From: Vicugna vicugna
Taxonomy: Eukaryota
Length of the DNA stretch: 64,000 bases
Reading direction: 5' to 3'
Assembly (NCBI GenBank): GCA_013265495.1
Contig: MU061544.1
Location: forward strand, 334,214-398,213
Position 1 is the first letter of the stretch. Each line of letters opens with the position of its first letter. Shown here piece after piece: positions 1-12,984 of the stretch. The notes beneath the pieces were generated by a model. The model made no database searches, had not been told where the DNA came from, and saw only the letters and a list, made by a program, of their open reading frames with translations. The translations under genes and the position numbers were made by a program.

Positions 1-173
1 GAAAGCCAGATGTTCCCAGAGAGTGTCACCAGACACCTTCACACCTTCATTATTTGTTTGAAAGATACTTGTTGAGTGGCATTGAAAAGACAGAGTAAGG
101 ACATGAGATGCTAATATCTATGCAGGATGTGTGAGCTGGAATATTCTGTTAAAACAGAGATAAACAAAAAGGC

Positions 174-654
174 TGATGGGGTTCAGAGTATCTCGTCCCA
201 GAATATGCCACTTTTTGACATGTGGATCATTTTGAGCTGAAAATGATTAAGGTCCAATATATTGAAAAGAGCTTTTTTACCTTCCCCTTAACTGCCTAAA
301 TAATTCAGATAGGGGGCTTATACCTGGAAGAGAGCTATTACCAAATATAACTTTTTTTGCATAAGAAAGACCACTCTGCATGACATGGCCAACATTTGTT
401 TACCAAACTTCTGCTCTTCCCTTCTCCCTAGGAATTGTCTTCATTCACTTCGAAGTCTCGGACCCCTACCCTCTTCTCCTTAGCTCAGGATGGTGTGTAA
501 ACCTCAATTACCTGACTGCCAGGGAGCCTCTTATCTTTGGGAGTCCCAAATGTGCAAAAGTAACTGTTTTTCTCCTGTTAACCTGTTTTATGTCAATTTA
601 ATTACTAGACCAGCCGAAGAATCTAGAAGAAGGGAAGAGTTTTCCTCCCCTACA
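174..654 (+). mobile_element. ERV1-class solo LTR, MER34/MER39-like
   Basis: Starts TGATGGGGTTCAGAG..CCCAGAATATGCCACTTT and ends ..TTTTCCTCCCCTACA (TG..CA). Perfect 4-bp TSD AGGC at 170-173 and 655-658. Termini resemble the MER34 group. Confidence 0.85.
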
Positions 655-685
655 AGGCTGATGTGCAGACTTGTTTGGTTAGCAG

Positions 686-1146
686 TGTGAAATAAAATTC
701 ATATTTTATGGCAAGACACGAAAAATTTAAACATAAAAAAATTCTTTGCTGCCCTTTGGCTTCCTCTCTCCACCACTGTGCACTGGGCATGTGCATTATG
801 CACCAAACGTCTCCAATCAGCAGGAATACCTGTGCAACCATAAGGAGCAACATGCTCCTAGCATCAAGACAACTTCTTAAAAGGTAACATTCCTTCTTGA
901 TCCTGTGAGGGATCACATGACCCACCAGAATGACGCTTAGATCTGGATAACCTAAACTGTCAATAATACGTCATTTGATGTATAGCCCTCTGTCTCAACA
1001 ACTTATATAACTGTGCTTTGACTTCTAACCAGCAGAACAGTTCTCAGAGCTTTCTGAGATGCTTTTCATGGTTATAATCCTCAAATTTGGCTCAAATAAA
1101 ATTTTCCATTTCTTTCTTAGATTGACTGATTAATTTTTCATCAACA
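686..1146 (+). mobile_element. ERV1-class solo LTR, different family (probably artiodactyl/camelid lineage)
   Basis: TGTGAAATAAAA...TTTTTCATCAACA termini. TATATAA at 1004-1010 and AATAAA at 1095-1100 are in U3-R-U5 order. Flanks GCAG/ATAG match only 2/4. Confidence 0.7.
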
Positions 1147-1841
1147 ATAGTCTGACAATTTTAGTTTAATTGTGGGATGCACTAATTGTTCATTTAACTA
1201 TATCAGCTGCCAAAATCACCTTGCTTTGGAAGAATGCTGTCAGATGTTCTTAGCAGCTTATATTCCAAGATTATTTTGACAATGCACATGAATATGTTTT
1301 ATTTTTATTCTCTATTCTATCTGAATATTTGCCATAATTATTCTTACTTTTTACATATAAAATGATATTACTTCTTGAAAACTGCTTAGGTAAATCGACA
1401 TTCCTTTGATAATTCCCTTATCACATTCTCTTTGTTAAAAACCTTTACAATATGTCTTCTCCTTGACAATACTGTAGAAAAGGAAGAGGAGGAAATCTTC
1501 CTTTCTCACTCAGGGTTTAGAAGGAGTTTAAGGAAACAAAAAATAATTTTAAAAATAAAATGCTTCTCACAGTTCTTCATATATAATCTATTAAATATCA
1601 ATCAGATACATAAATTTATACACAGGTAATTATTTTCATTAAAGTCAGACTTGGGGATCTTAATACTGAATTCGGTATTATTGTGGCTTCTTTATGTTTT
1701 CTTTTTCTTAACATTTTTCTTTTGTTATCCATACCTTCCAATAAAAAATGTAATACTGTATACAGATTAAACAATGTACTTTGAGCCCATTTTATCCATG
1801 AACATATTTTTTTTAAATAGCAAGAAATTATTATTTGATAT

Positions 1842-2368
1842 TGAAGGAGAGCAGAATGTACTTCCACCAAATATACCTCTTTGGTGTAAGGGTCATTTTA
1901 AAGAAACAGATCATGTAGGAAAAGCTCTAAAAATTGATAGAAGTTATCCTTTTGTTAGAGACATTTACATCTATAAGGGAAATCTCCATTTGTAAGGGTG
2001 TGTCCCTCTCCATACTAGGAAGAGAAAGATGACTTTAAATTTCTAGAAACTGCTAGTTCAAGAGAATGCAGAGACTTAAATCTGCATAACAACCTTACCC
2101 AGTGCTTTGCCTGGTAACCTCCCATAACTGGCCTCCCTCCCACCACTAATATCTTCTTTTGCCTTTAGCTGAAGATGATATTTAAGATGGTGACTTGGGC
2201 AATTTCAGGGAGTGACTCAGTTTTCCTGGGTCTTTCCCATGTATATAGGAGGTATCCAACCTATTAAACTTCCGTCTGTTTTTCTTTTGTTAACCTGTCT
2301 TTTATTAAAAGGGGGTCCCAGCCAAGAACCTAGAAGGGTAGAGGGAAAATTATTTTTCCTCCCCTACG
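1842..2368 (+). mobile_element. ERV1-class solo LTR, MER34-like
   Basis: Starts TGAAGGAGAGCAGAATGTACTTCCACCAAATATACCTCTTTGG and ends GGAAAATTATTTTTCCTCCCCTACG. 3' end is homologous to the LTR at 174-654. Flanks ATAT/ATAG (3/4). Confidence 0.85.
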
Positions 2369-4329
2369 ATAGCTAATGATTATAAAATACCCTGCCAATG
2401 TTTAGTAAGACTCTGAGTTAAAAAGTCATTAGTGAAAAAGGCAGGTCCAGGAGTTCTTAAGTCATTCAAACGAAGTTCACAAAGCACCTGAAAATAAATC
2501 ATTAAATGCAATATACACCTTTTCTGCCTTTGAGGGAAAAGGGGGAACATTAAATGGTGACAAAGAATAAGGCTGGTTTATGAATTTCAGCTTGTGATAC
2601 CCATGACAGTATAAATACTAATTCTTTGCATTACAATATCTATTTTCATACAGCTGTATTTTTATTCATAATATCTATCTGTATTTAAGTATATAAATAT
2701 GTACCTAAACATAAAAATACTGCTAAGTTGTTCAATTTTCTTAGCATGATCAAGAATTCCCAATGCTGTAAAAAATGAAAGTCTCCAAATGACAGCAACA
2801 CTTTCCTTAGAAACATGTGGTAGAGTAACTTCTCTTCTCTTAATAACTGTAATAACCCAACCAGTGAATTGGTCTATTTTCAAAGCTGCACAACAAATGT
2901 GAGAGGTGGACATGTAATACGGAAGCATCCTAAGATATTCTCTTCACAGACAGTTGAATATTTCCTTGTACTTTTGCTGCTAATGTAATTTGCTCACTGT
3001 ACTACCTGGCTGTTCTTCTCTAATTCAAGATTACTCTTTAAAACAGGAGAAATATACTGAAGCTTTAAATGTATGACTCATGCTCTATTATGTTAAATAA
3101 AAGTCAAAAATTTTGTGATATGTTGTGTTGGCTATACCGCTGAGACTCATTGTGTGAGATATAAATTAACTTATTGCTGTAAGATTGGGTGGTTATCAAT
3201 TTTAAGGGCTACTTGAACACATTAGCGAATGTGAAATTAAAGCAGGATATCAGAACAAAATCGCTGGAAAAAACATGCTCCTGTTTGAGAAATGAAACAT
3301 GTTTTTCTTTTTTCTTCACGAGAAAAACAAAATATAAGGTTTAATGTAATTCACCGACACCCTGAATTGAGTTTTAAGCTTAGCATCTGTTTCTTGGATG
3401 ACTGTGGGCTTACCACCCAGGGTGCTGAGAGGCTCACAGGAACTGACTAGCTTCTCTTTGTTCTGATCTCTATTTATCTCCTCCGGCCCAATTCTCTCCT
3501 CCTCCTGCAGAAGACTGAAATTAAGGCATGCTGCAATGCGCTCTCTAATTTTAGTCAGAGCATTCTTCTCAGGATGGTGGGGTGCAGAGACTATATTGTG
3601 ACAAATATTTCACCCTCTTCTTCAATCTAAGGATGATAATTTTCAGTGTCGTTTATAATAGATATGGGAGGTTTAAAAATGTCTCCCTCTTAGCAGCTGT
3701 AAAATTGTTATCATAAAATAACATGATTTTAGCCATTTCATTTCATTGCTTTAGAATCAGTAGGAGGAGTTATTTTGATTAGCGGGGGAAAAAAGGAGAA
3801 GATTCTGTGAACTTCTATTCATCTGGAAATAAAATTTAAGGTTAAGGCTTTAGTTACGAAGAGATACTTAATTTTATATTATTATTTATGCTTCTGATTT
3901 ATGCATTTATTATGCCAACTTGATGCTCAAAGATACTTTTTGATGAGTGAAATTATAAAAAGCTTCACTGATTTTTATATACTAAATTTCAATTCCAAAA
4001 TCTCCGTATGTTGGGATTTATATTTCCAATTCATATAGTTGGGTAGCATTAGTTTCTAAGCCCCTCTCTGATATAACTTTGACTCTTAGGGAGCTATAAA
4101 ACCACTTATAAGGTGCTAAGGATGGCTTGTTTCAGTTTGACTCCAGTCACAGATTGTTCTTATTGATACACACTCTACACAGCAATGATGAACTATAAAA
4201 GCACTGGAGTTGACAGAATGAACTATGGAAATGTAAATACACAGAAATGATGGAGGAGACCTGAAGGGACCTGAAGGAAGCACTAACTGTGGTCAAACAT
4301 TGATCTAAATAGTCTAACCTGCTCCCAAG

Positions 4330-4640
4330 TTTCAGGTCACTCATTTCACCAATACATTATTGACAGTATTACAAGCTAAATGCTTGGGATTCACTGGTAA
4401 TGGCAGAAACCTTCCCAGAGACCTCTGAGTCCACACAACAGCACCTACAATTAAAACAAAATTTCTAGAATGATGTGTGCTGTGACTGAGGTCACAGATA
4501 CAAAGGGAACACGGAAGAGGAAAAGCATCTTACACAGACTGGGGAAGTGGTCAAAGTCTTTCTGAAGGAAGAGATGCTGATGTTGAGATCTGAAGGATGA
4601 GCGTGGATCAGGTGAAGAAGAGGAGAGAAGCAGGGTCCAA
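4330..4640 (-). mobile_element. L2 LINE 3' fragment (highly diverged)
   Basis: CACTCATTTCACCAATACATTATTGA-like L2 tail followed by typical L2 motifs (GTTGAGATCTGAAGGATGAG). Confidence 0.5.
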
Positions 4641-4651
4641 AGAAAGGATAC

Positions 4652-5140
4652 TGTGGAGAAGGAACATTTTTTCCCCTTCTAAGTTCTTCTGGTTGGTCTA
4701 AGAATTAAATTGACACGAACCAGATTAACAGAAGAGAATCAAACACAAGTTTAATAACATGTGTACATGGGAGAGACTCAGGAAAACTGAGGAACTCACC
4801 AATATGGTAGAAACTCACCCTTAAATATCATGGAGATAGAAAAGCAAATATTTGGTAAACATATGTTTGCTGTGTCAGGCAGAAAAAACGAGTCACAGAG
4901 AGGAATTTCAACAGATAGACTTTGCTAGGTCCCTCCCTGTCTACATATAGAGTTCATACTATAATTGTCTATGGGGATGGCTCCCTTCCTAGAACTGGTC
5001 CTCTGTCTACATTCTTTCAGGCAGTTAGGGAGAAGGTCGAAGTTTCTTCCTGAGTCTTTGGGGCCTTGATTGTTTTCAGTTTGAAATAACCCACTTGCCA
5101 AAGTGGCACATTGTGGAATGGCAAATTTTGTTCCCCTACA
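4652..5140 (-). mobile_element. ERV1-class solo LTR, MER34/MER39-like, antisense
   Basis: Reverse complement begins TGTAGGGGAACAAAATTTGCCATTCCACAATGTGCCACTTTGGC. It shares the TGTCAATTTAATT..AGACCA.C..GAAGAA..TAGAAG block with 174-654. Perfect TSD ATAC at 4648-4651 and 5141-5144. Confidence 0.9.
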
Positions 5141-6639
5141 ATACATAAAGAACACAATCCACTTCCCAAGCTGAAGACGATTCTGTGGGAAGACATCTGT
5201 TTTGATGATGCTAGGAGGAAGAGGCAGAGTGGGGAACAGCTAACCTGGGCCAAGTTCTGTGGGGAAACTTGGCTGAGAGGCCCAAAGGCACTCTGTAGAA
5301 GTCCTTTACTACTGCTGTGGCTTTCTGGTACTTACTGGAGTATTCTCATATTCTTTGGTAAAGTGCTCCTACTTTTGAAAAAAACATTCACACACCCCAA
5401 GCAAATCTCTGTCTTTTACCAGCCAGCCCTCCTTCCAGTTCCTATCTAGCTACGAGCTTCCTGCTTGGCCAAACTTATTTCTTTTATTTGCAGCTGGAAA
5501 GGAGCACTCTCTTTGCCTTTTCCTAGTGGCAGCCCAAATTAGACTGAAATTTACCTCTTGCCGCTGCAGAAATGGGGCAGCTCTTACAAGTTAGCATTGA
5601 TTCAAGTTTGTATGGATTTATTCCCAACTACATGTGTTGACCTCTCCACTAAATAAACTTATGTTTACTCTGATGTTTGTTCAATAGTATATGAAGGGCT
5701 TAGTGGAGAGGAAGGCTAAACATATGGCAGAGAACTATTGGTTTTACCAGAGTCTCCAAAAATTCAAAGAGTAAGATTTTTCAATTATCCCAAGAAGATA
5801 ATGCAAAAATAAATATTCAACAGAAATTCTTTTTTCTATGGTCTGAGTTTGAATGACCAAAAAGTGGAAACTCAATGGAAACCATCATTTGCATACGAGA
5901 TACATTGTGCTTTTTTAAACAAAATGGCAATTTTACAATTTAAAATTAGCTTATCCTTTTTCAAAAAATAATCCATTAAAATAAATAAGGTAAATAAAAA
6001 TATAATTGGCACTTCAACATAAGCAAACAAACAAAACTTCTTCATATTGCAGAGCTAGTAGTAACACTGCTGAAATAGAGGCATCTGTTCATCTTGACAA
6101 AATTGTTACTAAGTATAGCTAACAATAGTCTTGGATAGCCCGTTATCCCAGATTGGTTCTCCTTTAAGAACAGTCATGAATTATCTTTATGGTTAAGACA
6201 TTTCTCTGAAGTTTTGCAGAGGGCTTCTTGCTTTGGCTTTTATTTCTTTGATTCTTTTTCAAAATCCCTCATTACACATTTCTTATGTTTTTAAAATATT
6301 TCCTATGTTGAAAGGCCATGTCTCTATGGCTATGTTGTGGGTCATCCAGAATACATGATTATTAGTTTGTCCTTTTTACTTTTAGAGCCATTTTTACTTT
6401 TAGCCGATTCTACCTTATGTTACTAAATGGTGAGAGCAAGGGGTTCTTCAGTACAATGCATAAGGGAACTCCATAGAGAATAAACATACCTCTGAATCAG
6501 CAAAGGATTCTTGGGTCCCACGAAAGAGAAATAAAATTAACCAGAAATAATAAATATAGCATCATGCAGTCCATCAATATATTACTCCTGTGAACCCATA
6601 CGGATATAATAGAGCAAACAGCGGAGCTTACAATAGAAT

Positions 6640-6747
6640 ATGTTTCATGAGAAGAGGGACTTTGTCTTTTGTACACTAAAGTAATCCCAGTATCCAGAAC
6701 ATTTAGCATGTAGTAAATGTTCATTTAATATTTGCTGAATGAATGAT
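6640..6747 (+). mobile_element. L2 3' end
   Basis: CATGAGAAGAGGGACTTTGTC...TAGTAAATGTTCATTTAATATTTGCTGAATGAATGA, the typical L2 terminus. Confidence 0.75.
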
Positions 6748-6789
6748 GGGGAGGCAGGAAATAGGATATAACATATATCAAATGTAGGC

Positions 6790-6960
6790 ATTGTAATGAG
6801 TACTTCACAGTATGACATCTTAATGAATCCTCATATAATCCTCATGGAGGAAACATGAATATTGCATTCTTTTTTAATAGAAGAGAAAACTAGAGCTCTG
6901 AAGAGTGAATTTAATTACCCAAGAGTTCACAGCTGGGAACCAGCAGATCTAGCAATCGAG
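6790..6960 (-). mobile_element. MIR SINE fragment
   Basis: Core-like AATCCTCA..TAATCCTCATG...ATAGAAGAGAAAACTAGAGCTCTGAAGAG...CCCAAGAGTTCACAGCTGG. Confidence 0.65.
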
Positions 6961-7269
6961 ATCTATCCAATAGGCTGTCCAAGTAATACACTAGCCACAG
7001 TATCAAACTACTCATAAAATGTACCAGTAACAGTAACAGTTGAGTATTGCAGTTCTCCATGGAAGCCTCCACCATGGAGGACCCGTGACTGAAGGAGCAA
7101 TGGAGAATAATTATTGTGGATGGAAGACATCACAAATCTAATCATCCACTAAGATTTCACTGCTAGGAGCTACCAGTAAAATGCAACATTGACATATCTG
7201 TTCACAGGTACAGTGCTTAAAGAAACTTCACATTGCCACATCAGGGGAACCATTCTTCCTTGGTAGTCC

Positions 7270-7821
7270 TGTAGTAGTTTTCCGTTGCTGCTATGACATA
7301 TTATTCACAGACATAGCAGCTTAAAATAGCACAAATTTATTATCTTTGAGTTCTTTGGGTCAATAATCCAAGGTGAGTCTATTTGGATTAAAACTAAGGT
7401 AATGGCAGGGCTATATTACTTTCTGGAGGCTCTCGGAGAAAATCTGTTTTATTGCTCATTCAGATGTTGGCAGGATTCAGTTCCATGAGAGAAGATCTTG
7501 ACTTCTTGCTGGCTGTCAGCCAAGGGCTGCCTTAGCTTCTCCCAGCCTTTTCTCTGGTCCTTGCACACTACTACATCTCAGAACCAGTAATGGAGCATTG
7601 AGTCTTTCTCATGCTACCATCTCTCTGACCTCCTGTTTTGCCTTTCTCTTCCACTTTCAGGGTTCATGTCATTAAATTTGTTCTACCCAGGATAATCTCT
7701 ATGTCTCAAGGTCCTTAACGTTAACCACATCTTCAAAATCACTTTTATCATCCAAAATAACATAATCACAAGTTTTGAGGATTAGGAGGCTATGATTCTG
7801 GCTACTGATGACCATACTCAC
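7270..7821 (-). mobile_element. MLT1-family MaLR LTR
   Basis: TGTAGTAGTTTTCCGTTGCTGCTATGACA...GCTTAAAATAGCACAAATTTATTATC...CTGGAGGCTCTCGGAGAA...ATCTCAAGG-like block: the antisense MLT1 architecture. Confidence 0.85.
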
Positions 7822-7954
7822 ATGTAGTTCTAACATTTTGATGGGCATAGAAATTCTTGGTCTTTTAATGTATTTTGCAATCAAGAGATAAAATAATTCC
7901 TTACTAAGGAACCCAGATGACTTTTCAGTGGTCTCTTAAATGATAACTAGGTAA

Positions 7955-8100
7955 GTTTTTATTTTATTGAATTATATTTGACACATAACATTGTGTAAAT
8001 TTAAGATGTACACGTTTATTTGATACGTTTATATACTGTTAATATGTTTGCAATTGTACTGATAATTAGCAGCTCTATCATGTTACACAATTGTCATTTC
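7955..8100 (-). mobile_element. L1 (L1MA-like) 3' terminal fragment
   Basis: TTTTATTTTATTGAAATTATATTTGACACATAACATTGTGTAAATTTAAGATGTACA, an antisense L1 3' end. Confidence 0.65.
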
Positions 8101-10164
8101 TTTTCAAAACACAATTCAATATTCAAAATTTAGGTAGTAGGACTACTTTGTAAAAAGCAATGCACTTATTACCTATTAAATGTTTTTTTTTCCTTCTTTG
8201 AATGTAGTTCTACCCTTTATTTATGTCTAAAGCTTGTTTTCTCATTGACTTTAGATTAGAATCAGGGTCTGTAACTGATTTTCTTTTTGTACAGAACTTG
8301 AAAGTGGTTTTTTAGTAGTCACTGAGTAATGATCAGGGTTTGACATGTAGGAAATAGAGCTGGACTTATTCCCATAATCACATATCCCAAACTAGTTAAC
8401 TACCACCCATATATCACTTTGAGCTTGGGGAAAAAAAATAAGAGCAGGGAATTAGAAGGAAAGTAAGAAAGAAAAAAATGAAAGGGATACTTCAGAATGT
8501 ACTGCATCTGCTCTGAACTTGGGGTTGGTTATATAATACAAATTCTGAGAAAATAAATCCTGTTTGACTGCCTACTCAAATACTTGTAACAGAATGATAA
8601 AAAAAATTCTTTAGATTTCTGGCTGAGACCCAAAAGCTGACAGCAACTGAGGGTAAGAGCTCAAATATTCTAAAAGGATACCCTGGACATAGCAATGCAG
8701 AAGGGAAACAGCAGAAACTAACCTGGTTTCATGACTATCATCCATATGTACTGCAAATAAGAGAAAGCTAAAAATTCCCTAAAGATATTTTTAATAAGAA
8801 TTTCAAAGGAGTAGACAGTGTTTTGACACTTCCCTCCATTCCCCAACTCAAGTGTTAGGATCCCCAAGAGAACCACTCTGGATTCTCACCGAAGGGCAGA
8901 ATTTAGTAGGCTCCCTGTATAAAACTGCTGGTGCAGAGCACGGACAAGATCTTGGACAAAATCTGACATTTCCTTAAGTATCTGGGAGAATCTATGAAGA
9001 TGCCTGAAAAAGCATGAAGGTAAGGGGCAGAGTTGTGCCACCCATGATGGGAACCACTGTTAAGCAAACTGATTTTCCCAATTTGGTAGAGTAAGACAGT
9101 ATGACTTTTTCTGGTGGCCAAGTGAATGCCTGTATTATTGAGGTTAATGCTAAGATTTGCTGTCATTTAACAGAATGATACTTTATTTCTCACACTCCTC
9201 CATCTTGAAGCTATGCCACCAGAACACATGGCTTTCTAGGCTATCTAGGGTAAGAGTGAGATGAGGCACCACACTGTTCCTTAACCTGGACAATATCTCT
9301 TTGTGACCTTTAGCAGCTTCATTCATTCACTCACATAATGAAAGGATGTGACCTTCTCTAATTGGGATAAAAAGGATGATACTTGTCTAGAAGCAATCCT
9401 AACATCTAAACATTAAATGCTAGGTTGCAATTTAAGAGATTGATAGATAGACTGAAGACACATCTAAGTTTCTTGGTAAGAAATTTCATCCTCTTTCTAC
9501 TAGATCCTTTATCCAGCAGGCAGGGCCTTTTCAAGATGACTCAAGTGGGCTACTTTATCAAACATTGCAAGTAGAGTCAGTACTCAACACGTATTTCTTG
9601 AGTTTCTTAACTTTTCCTAATTTCCCTTGAAGTTAGTTTGGAGCCTTGTGGGTTGTTTTGATGAATGAATATTGAGTGGACATGGTAGGTACCACTCCTG
9701 GGATGAAGTAGATGATGTTCAGTGTGTGTGTGTGCATGTGTACGATGTAATGTCATTTTCAAATACAGTGTCTTTCTACTTTCACTCCCTTTGGATATAA
9801 TATAGGAATATTTTGAATCCCAGATGTGATGAGTTGTGACTTTAGGTCAGCTATTTACACTTTCAGTTTCCTTACCTATATAATTGTAGAGTATATTATA
9901 CCTAGTGGCCTCCAGTTCATGATGGTAAACTGAGAACATTTATGACCTTGTATTCTTCTGAGTACCAATGAAATTAGAGAAGATACATGAAATTTGTATT
10001 GTAGGACAGGAAAAATAGGAAGGATGCCACCAGGAAACTTTTAAAAATGGAATTTCTGAAAAATAGAGATAATTGAGGAATAGATTGGTATGGAAAGGGT
10101 AGTAGAAACTTAGTTGAAGATGCAAGATCTTCCCAAGAAATTTTTGGAGACCCTAAATTTAAAA

Positions 10165-10745
10165 TAAAAGTATATTGCTATGTAAAAAAAAATACCACTC
10201 AAAAACTTATCGTCTTAAAAGAACAACTGTTTTGTTGCTTTCATCATTGTCATTGTTGGGTTTTTGCTTTGTTTTGTTGTTTCATGGTTCTATGAGCTGA
10301 CTAGATCAGTTGGACAGTTTGCTCCATGTGATTCCAGCTTGGGTTGCAAACTTCTGGAGACTCAAATGGGCTGGAACATACAAGATGCCTCATTCATATG
10401 TCTGGCACATTGATGGGGACACTAAAATGATTTGGTCTCTCTCTCTTTCTGTGTAATCTTAGGGCCTCTCCACATGATCTCTACACAACATTTCTCCAGT
10501 AGCACGGTCAAATCCCTTACATTGCAGCTTAGCACTCCCAAGGGCACAAAAGCATAAAGTTGTCAGGCCCTATCTTAAAGCTTAGCCCTGGAAATGGTAC
10601 AGCATCCTTTTACTGCATTCCATTGGATTAAGTGAGTCACAGAGCCAGTTCAGTTTCATCAGGAAATGGGAAGGGGAATACATACGACTGTGAGTATCAG
10701 TAGACATGGTTCACTTGGGGGCCATCTTCGATATTACCTACCACA
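10165..10745 (-). mobile_element. MLT1-family MaLR LTR
   Basis: TATTGCTATGTAA..ATACCACTCAAAAACTTA..GTCTTAAAAGAACAAC start, with GGGGCCATCTT...CCTACCACA end. Confidence 0.8.
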
Positions 10746-11329
10746 GCTACTCACAGGAGCAACTCATTAAGGATGAGCATCCTGACGAGCTAGGAGACTG
10801 TCACCTCTTCCTTTCCTGAGCAGATGGCTACAGGGAAATGTGTTCTTGACCCAAGACCTTAGTATTGGAACAATGTGGGCCACCATCAAGAAGAGATCTT
10901 ACTCATGCTATTTACCCCTGAGAGAAAAGCAGAGCAGAATCTCAAGTATGTCCAGTATTTTTACAAAAGACTATATTATGGCAGGAAAGTGTAAGAGTGT
11001 GGAAAACTCCTTTAAGCTAGGAGTAGAATATTCTAATGTGTTCCACTCTCAGAATAAAGTGCTCTTCAGACATTGATGTCTAGTCCGAGTCCACAAAAAA
11101 AAATTATTGAAGAGACAATCCTGTTACTGCAGAGAAATCTAATATTAAGTGCCTTAATTAATTAACATATTCCTCCATCCATGCACATAGAACAGAAAAA
11201 CAGCCAACCTTTAAATAATGGAAAACCAATGCCACAGGTAAAAAAATGAAAATAAAAACCTAAATTACACACAAGCATACACACACATGCACACACACAC
11301 AAATATACACACTGAAACCACACTTAAGC

Positions 11330-11700
11330 AAGCAAAGCTCAGGTAAAATAACGAAACAATTTGATTTCAAAAATTTGAACTTACATAGTAATTATAAACA
11401 AAAATAAGCAATTATGAACAACTAAAAGAAAAGAAATCCAAGAAATTAATATATTATTTATCAAACTAAAAAATAATAATTCAATGCACAGAGTAACTGT
11501 TAGCTAGATAGCAATAAAGACCAAACTGGTGTTCTAGAAGATAAATTTGGGGAAATTATGCAAGTTGTAAAGCTAAATAAATACATATGGAATATTAGAG
11601 GTTAAGAGAAGTAAATAATCCTGCTGGAAGGTACACGTAACAGTTCTAAAAGTCAAGAGCACAGGAAACGGAGGAGAGGGAATAATCAATTAAGGAAAAA
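11330..11700 (+). mobile_element. Old L1M ORF1-region fragment
   Basis: A-rich degenerate sequence resembling the L1 ORF1 coiled-coil region (AATTCAATG...CTAGATAGC..TAAAGA..AAACTGGTG..CTAGAAGATA). Confidence 0.5.
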
Positions 11701-12112
11701 ACCATATTGTCACATTTTTAAAAATTTAAATTCATACTCACTGAAATAAAAAAGAACCCAAGATTTTTTTTAGCAAGTAGGCATTGGATTCTGTCACTTG
11801 AGCATTCTAATTAACTAATAGGTGTTTTGTGATGTAGCAGGAAATTTCAGTCAATAGAGGTCTAATCTTTTTTATTTGCTTCTTGCATTGGGAGAACTTC
11901 AGAAACTTCCTTGAGTAAATCTGAGATCCCTGACAGTGCCATTCAAAACTGATTCCTTTTCAGAAAATTATATGACTAATCAATATGTTAATCGTCATTC
12001 AGCAATCTATTTATAATAATGGCTAACATTTCCTACCTGTGTGCCAAGCACTGTTCTAAGTGACTAAAACATGCCACGTCCTGTAAGCCTCACAAAATCC
12101 CGAGGCGGCAGA

Positions 12113-12984
12113 CAGAGGAGAGGCCAGATTTTGTGGTACCTGAGGCTAAGGCAAGGTACTCTTTATAAAAAATAACACAAAATTATGAACACAAAAACTG
12201 GTATAAAAAAAGAGTATTTTCTTCAGGGAGAAAAGATACCCTGAAAAATTACTGGAGGGTTGGAGCTGATCTTTTTCTTTTGAGAAACTTCAGTTAATTT
12301 TCCAGAGATGACTTTTACAAAATACTTCCAGTTGGCCCTGATTTCCTTCCTCATTTTTTTTTTTCTCTAAAGAACCTGTTAGGTAGGTAGATAAGTGGGG
12401 GCAGATATGGTGGAGGAGACGGAGGATGGTCTGGAAGATGGAGTTATGCCTGCCTTCAGCATAAAGGGGCTGTACTTCCTCTAAATGAGTGCCAGCAAGA
12501 AACTGATTAGAACCCAACAGCCACAACTGCACAGCAGCCACAAGGTCCTAACCAGGTATGACCCAATGCACACTATAATATAATTAGCATTGTGGTTTAG
12601 GCCCTCTCCCATGGGTTTTCCTGTGTGCATCATGGGTAAGGACATGTGCAAAAGGGACCGAGCATGATTAAGCACTCCAGGGGCAAAAGACATCAATCAA
12701 TCGAGAGACCACCTCTAAGCAAAAATATAAGAGAAGGCGCAGAGACCACCGCTTTTCCTCCCTTGGGATCAGCCTACCTCCTGTTCTCAGAGGTGTACTT
12801 TCCCTTTGCTAATAGAATCTTCAAAATCTTGCACTACACAATGTTTCCATCTCCCATCTGAATTCTTCTCTTTTGGGTAAGACAAGAACTGAGGTCTTTT
12901 CCCTTCCCCTTTTGGGGTAACAAACCCACACATGTGAGGAGCTTGTTGTTTAAGTTCCCTTGGCTTCACGGTAAATTCCCCTTG
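12113..12984. mobile_element. Non-autonomous hAT (Tip100-like) DNA element, interrupted by an LTR
   Basis: Left end CAGAGGAGAGGCCAGATTTTGTGGTACCTGAGGCT and right end GCTTCACGGTAAATTCCCCTTG resemble hAT-Tip100 MITE termini. Exact family is uncertain and the 8-bp TSD is not recognisable. Confidence 0.55.
12377..12922 (+). mobile_element. ERV solo LTR (ERV1-like, lineage-specific)
   Basis: TGTTA...TAACA inverted termini. Perfect 4-bp TSD AACC at 12373-12376 and 12923-12926. TATA-like AATATAAG near 12724 and polyA-like AATAGA near 12811. Confidence 0.85.

Noticed and set aside
174..2368. Two same-orientation related LTRs as the ends of one deleted provirus
   Set aside because: Each has its own flanking duplication (AGGC; ATAT/ATAG), their central regions differ, and no PBS, polypurine tract or gag/pol remnant lies between them.
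8850..9170. Possible old LTR (MER21-like GGATCCCCAAGA motif)
   Set aside because: Similarity is too short, and no confident termini or TSD.
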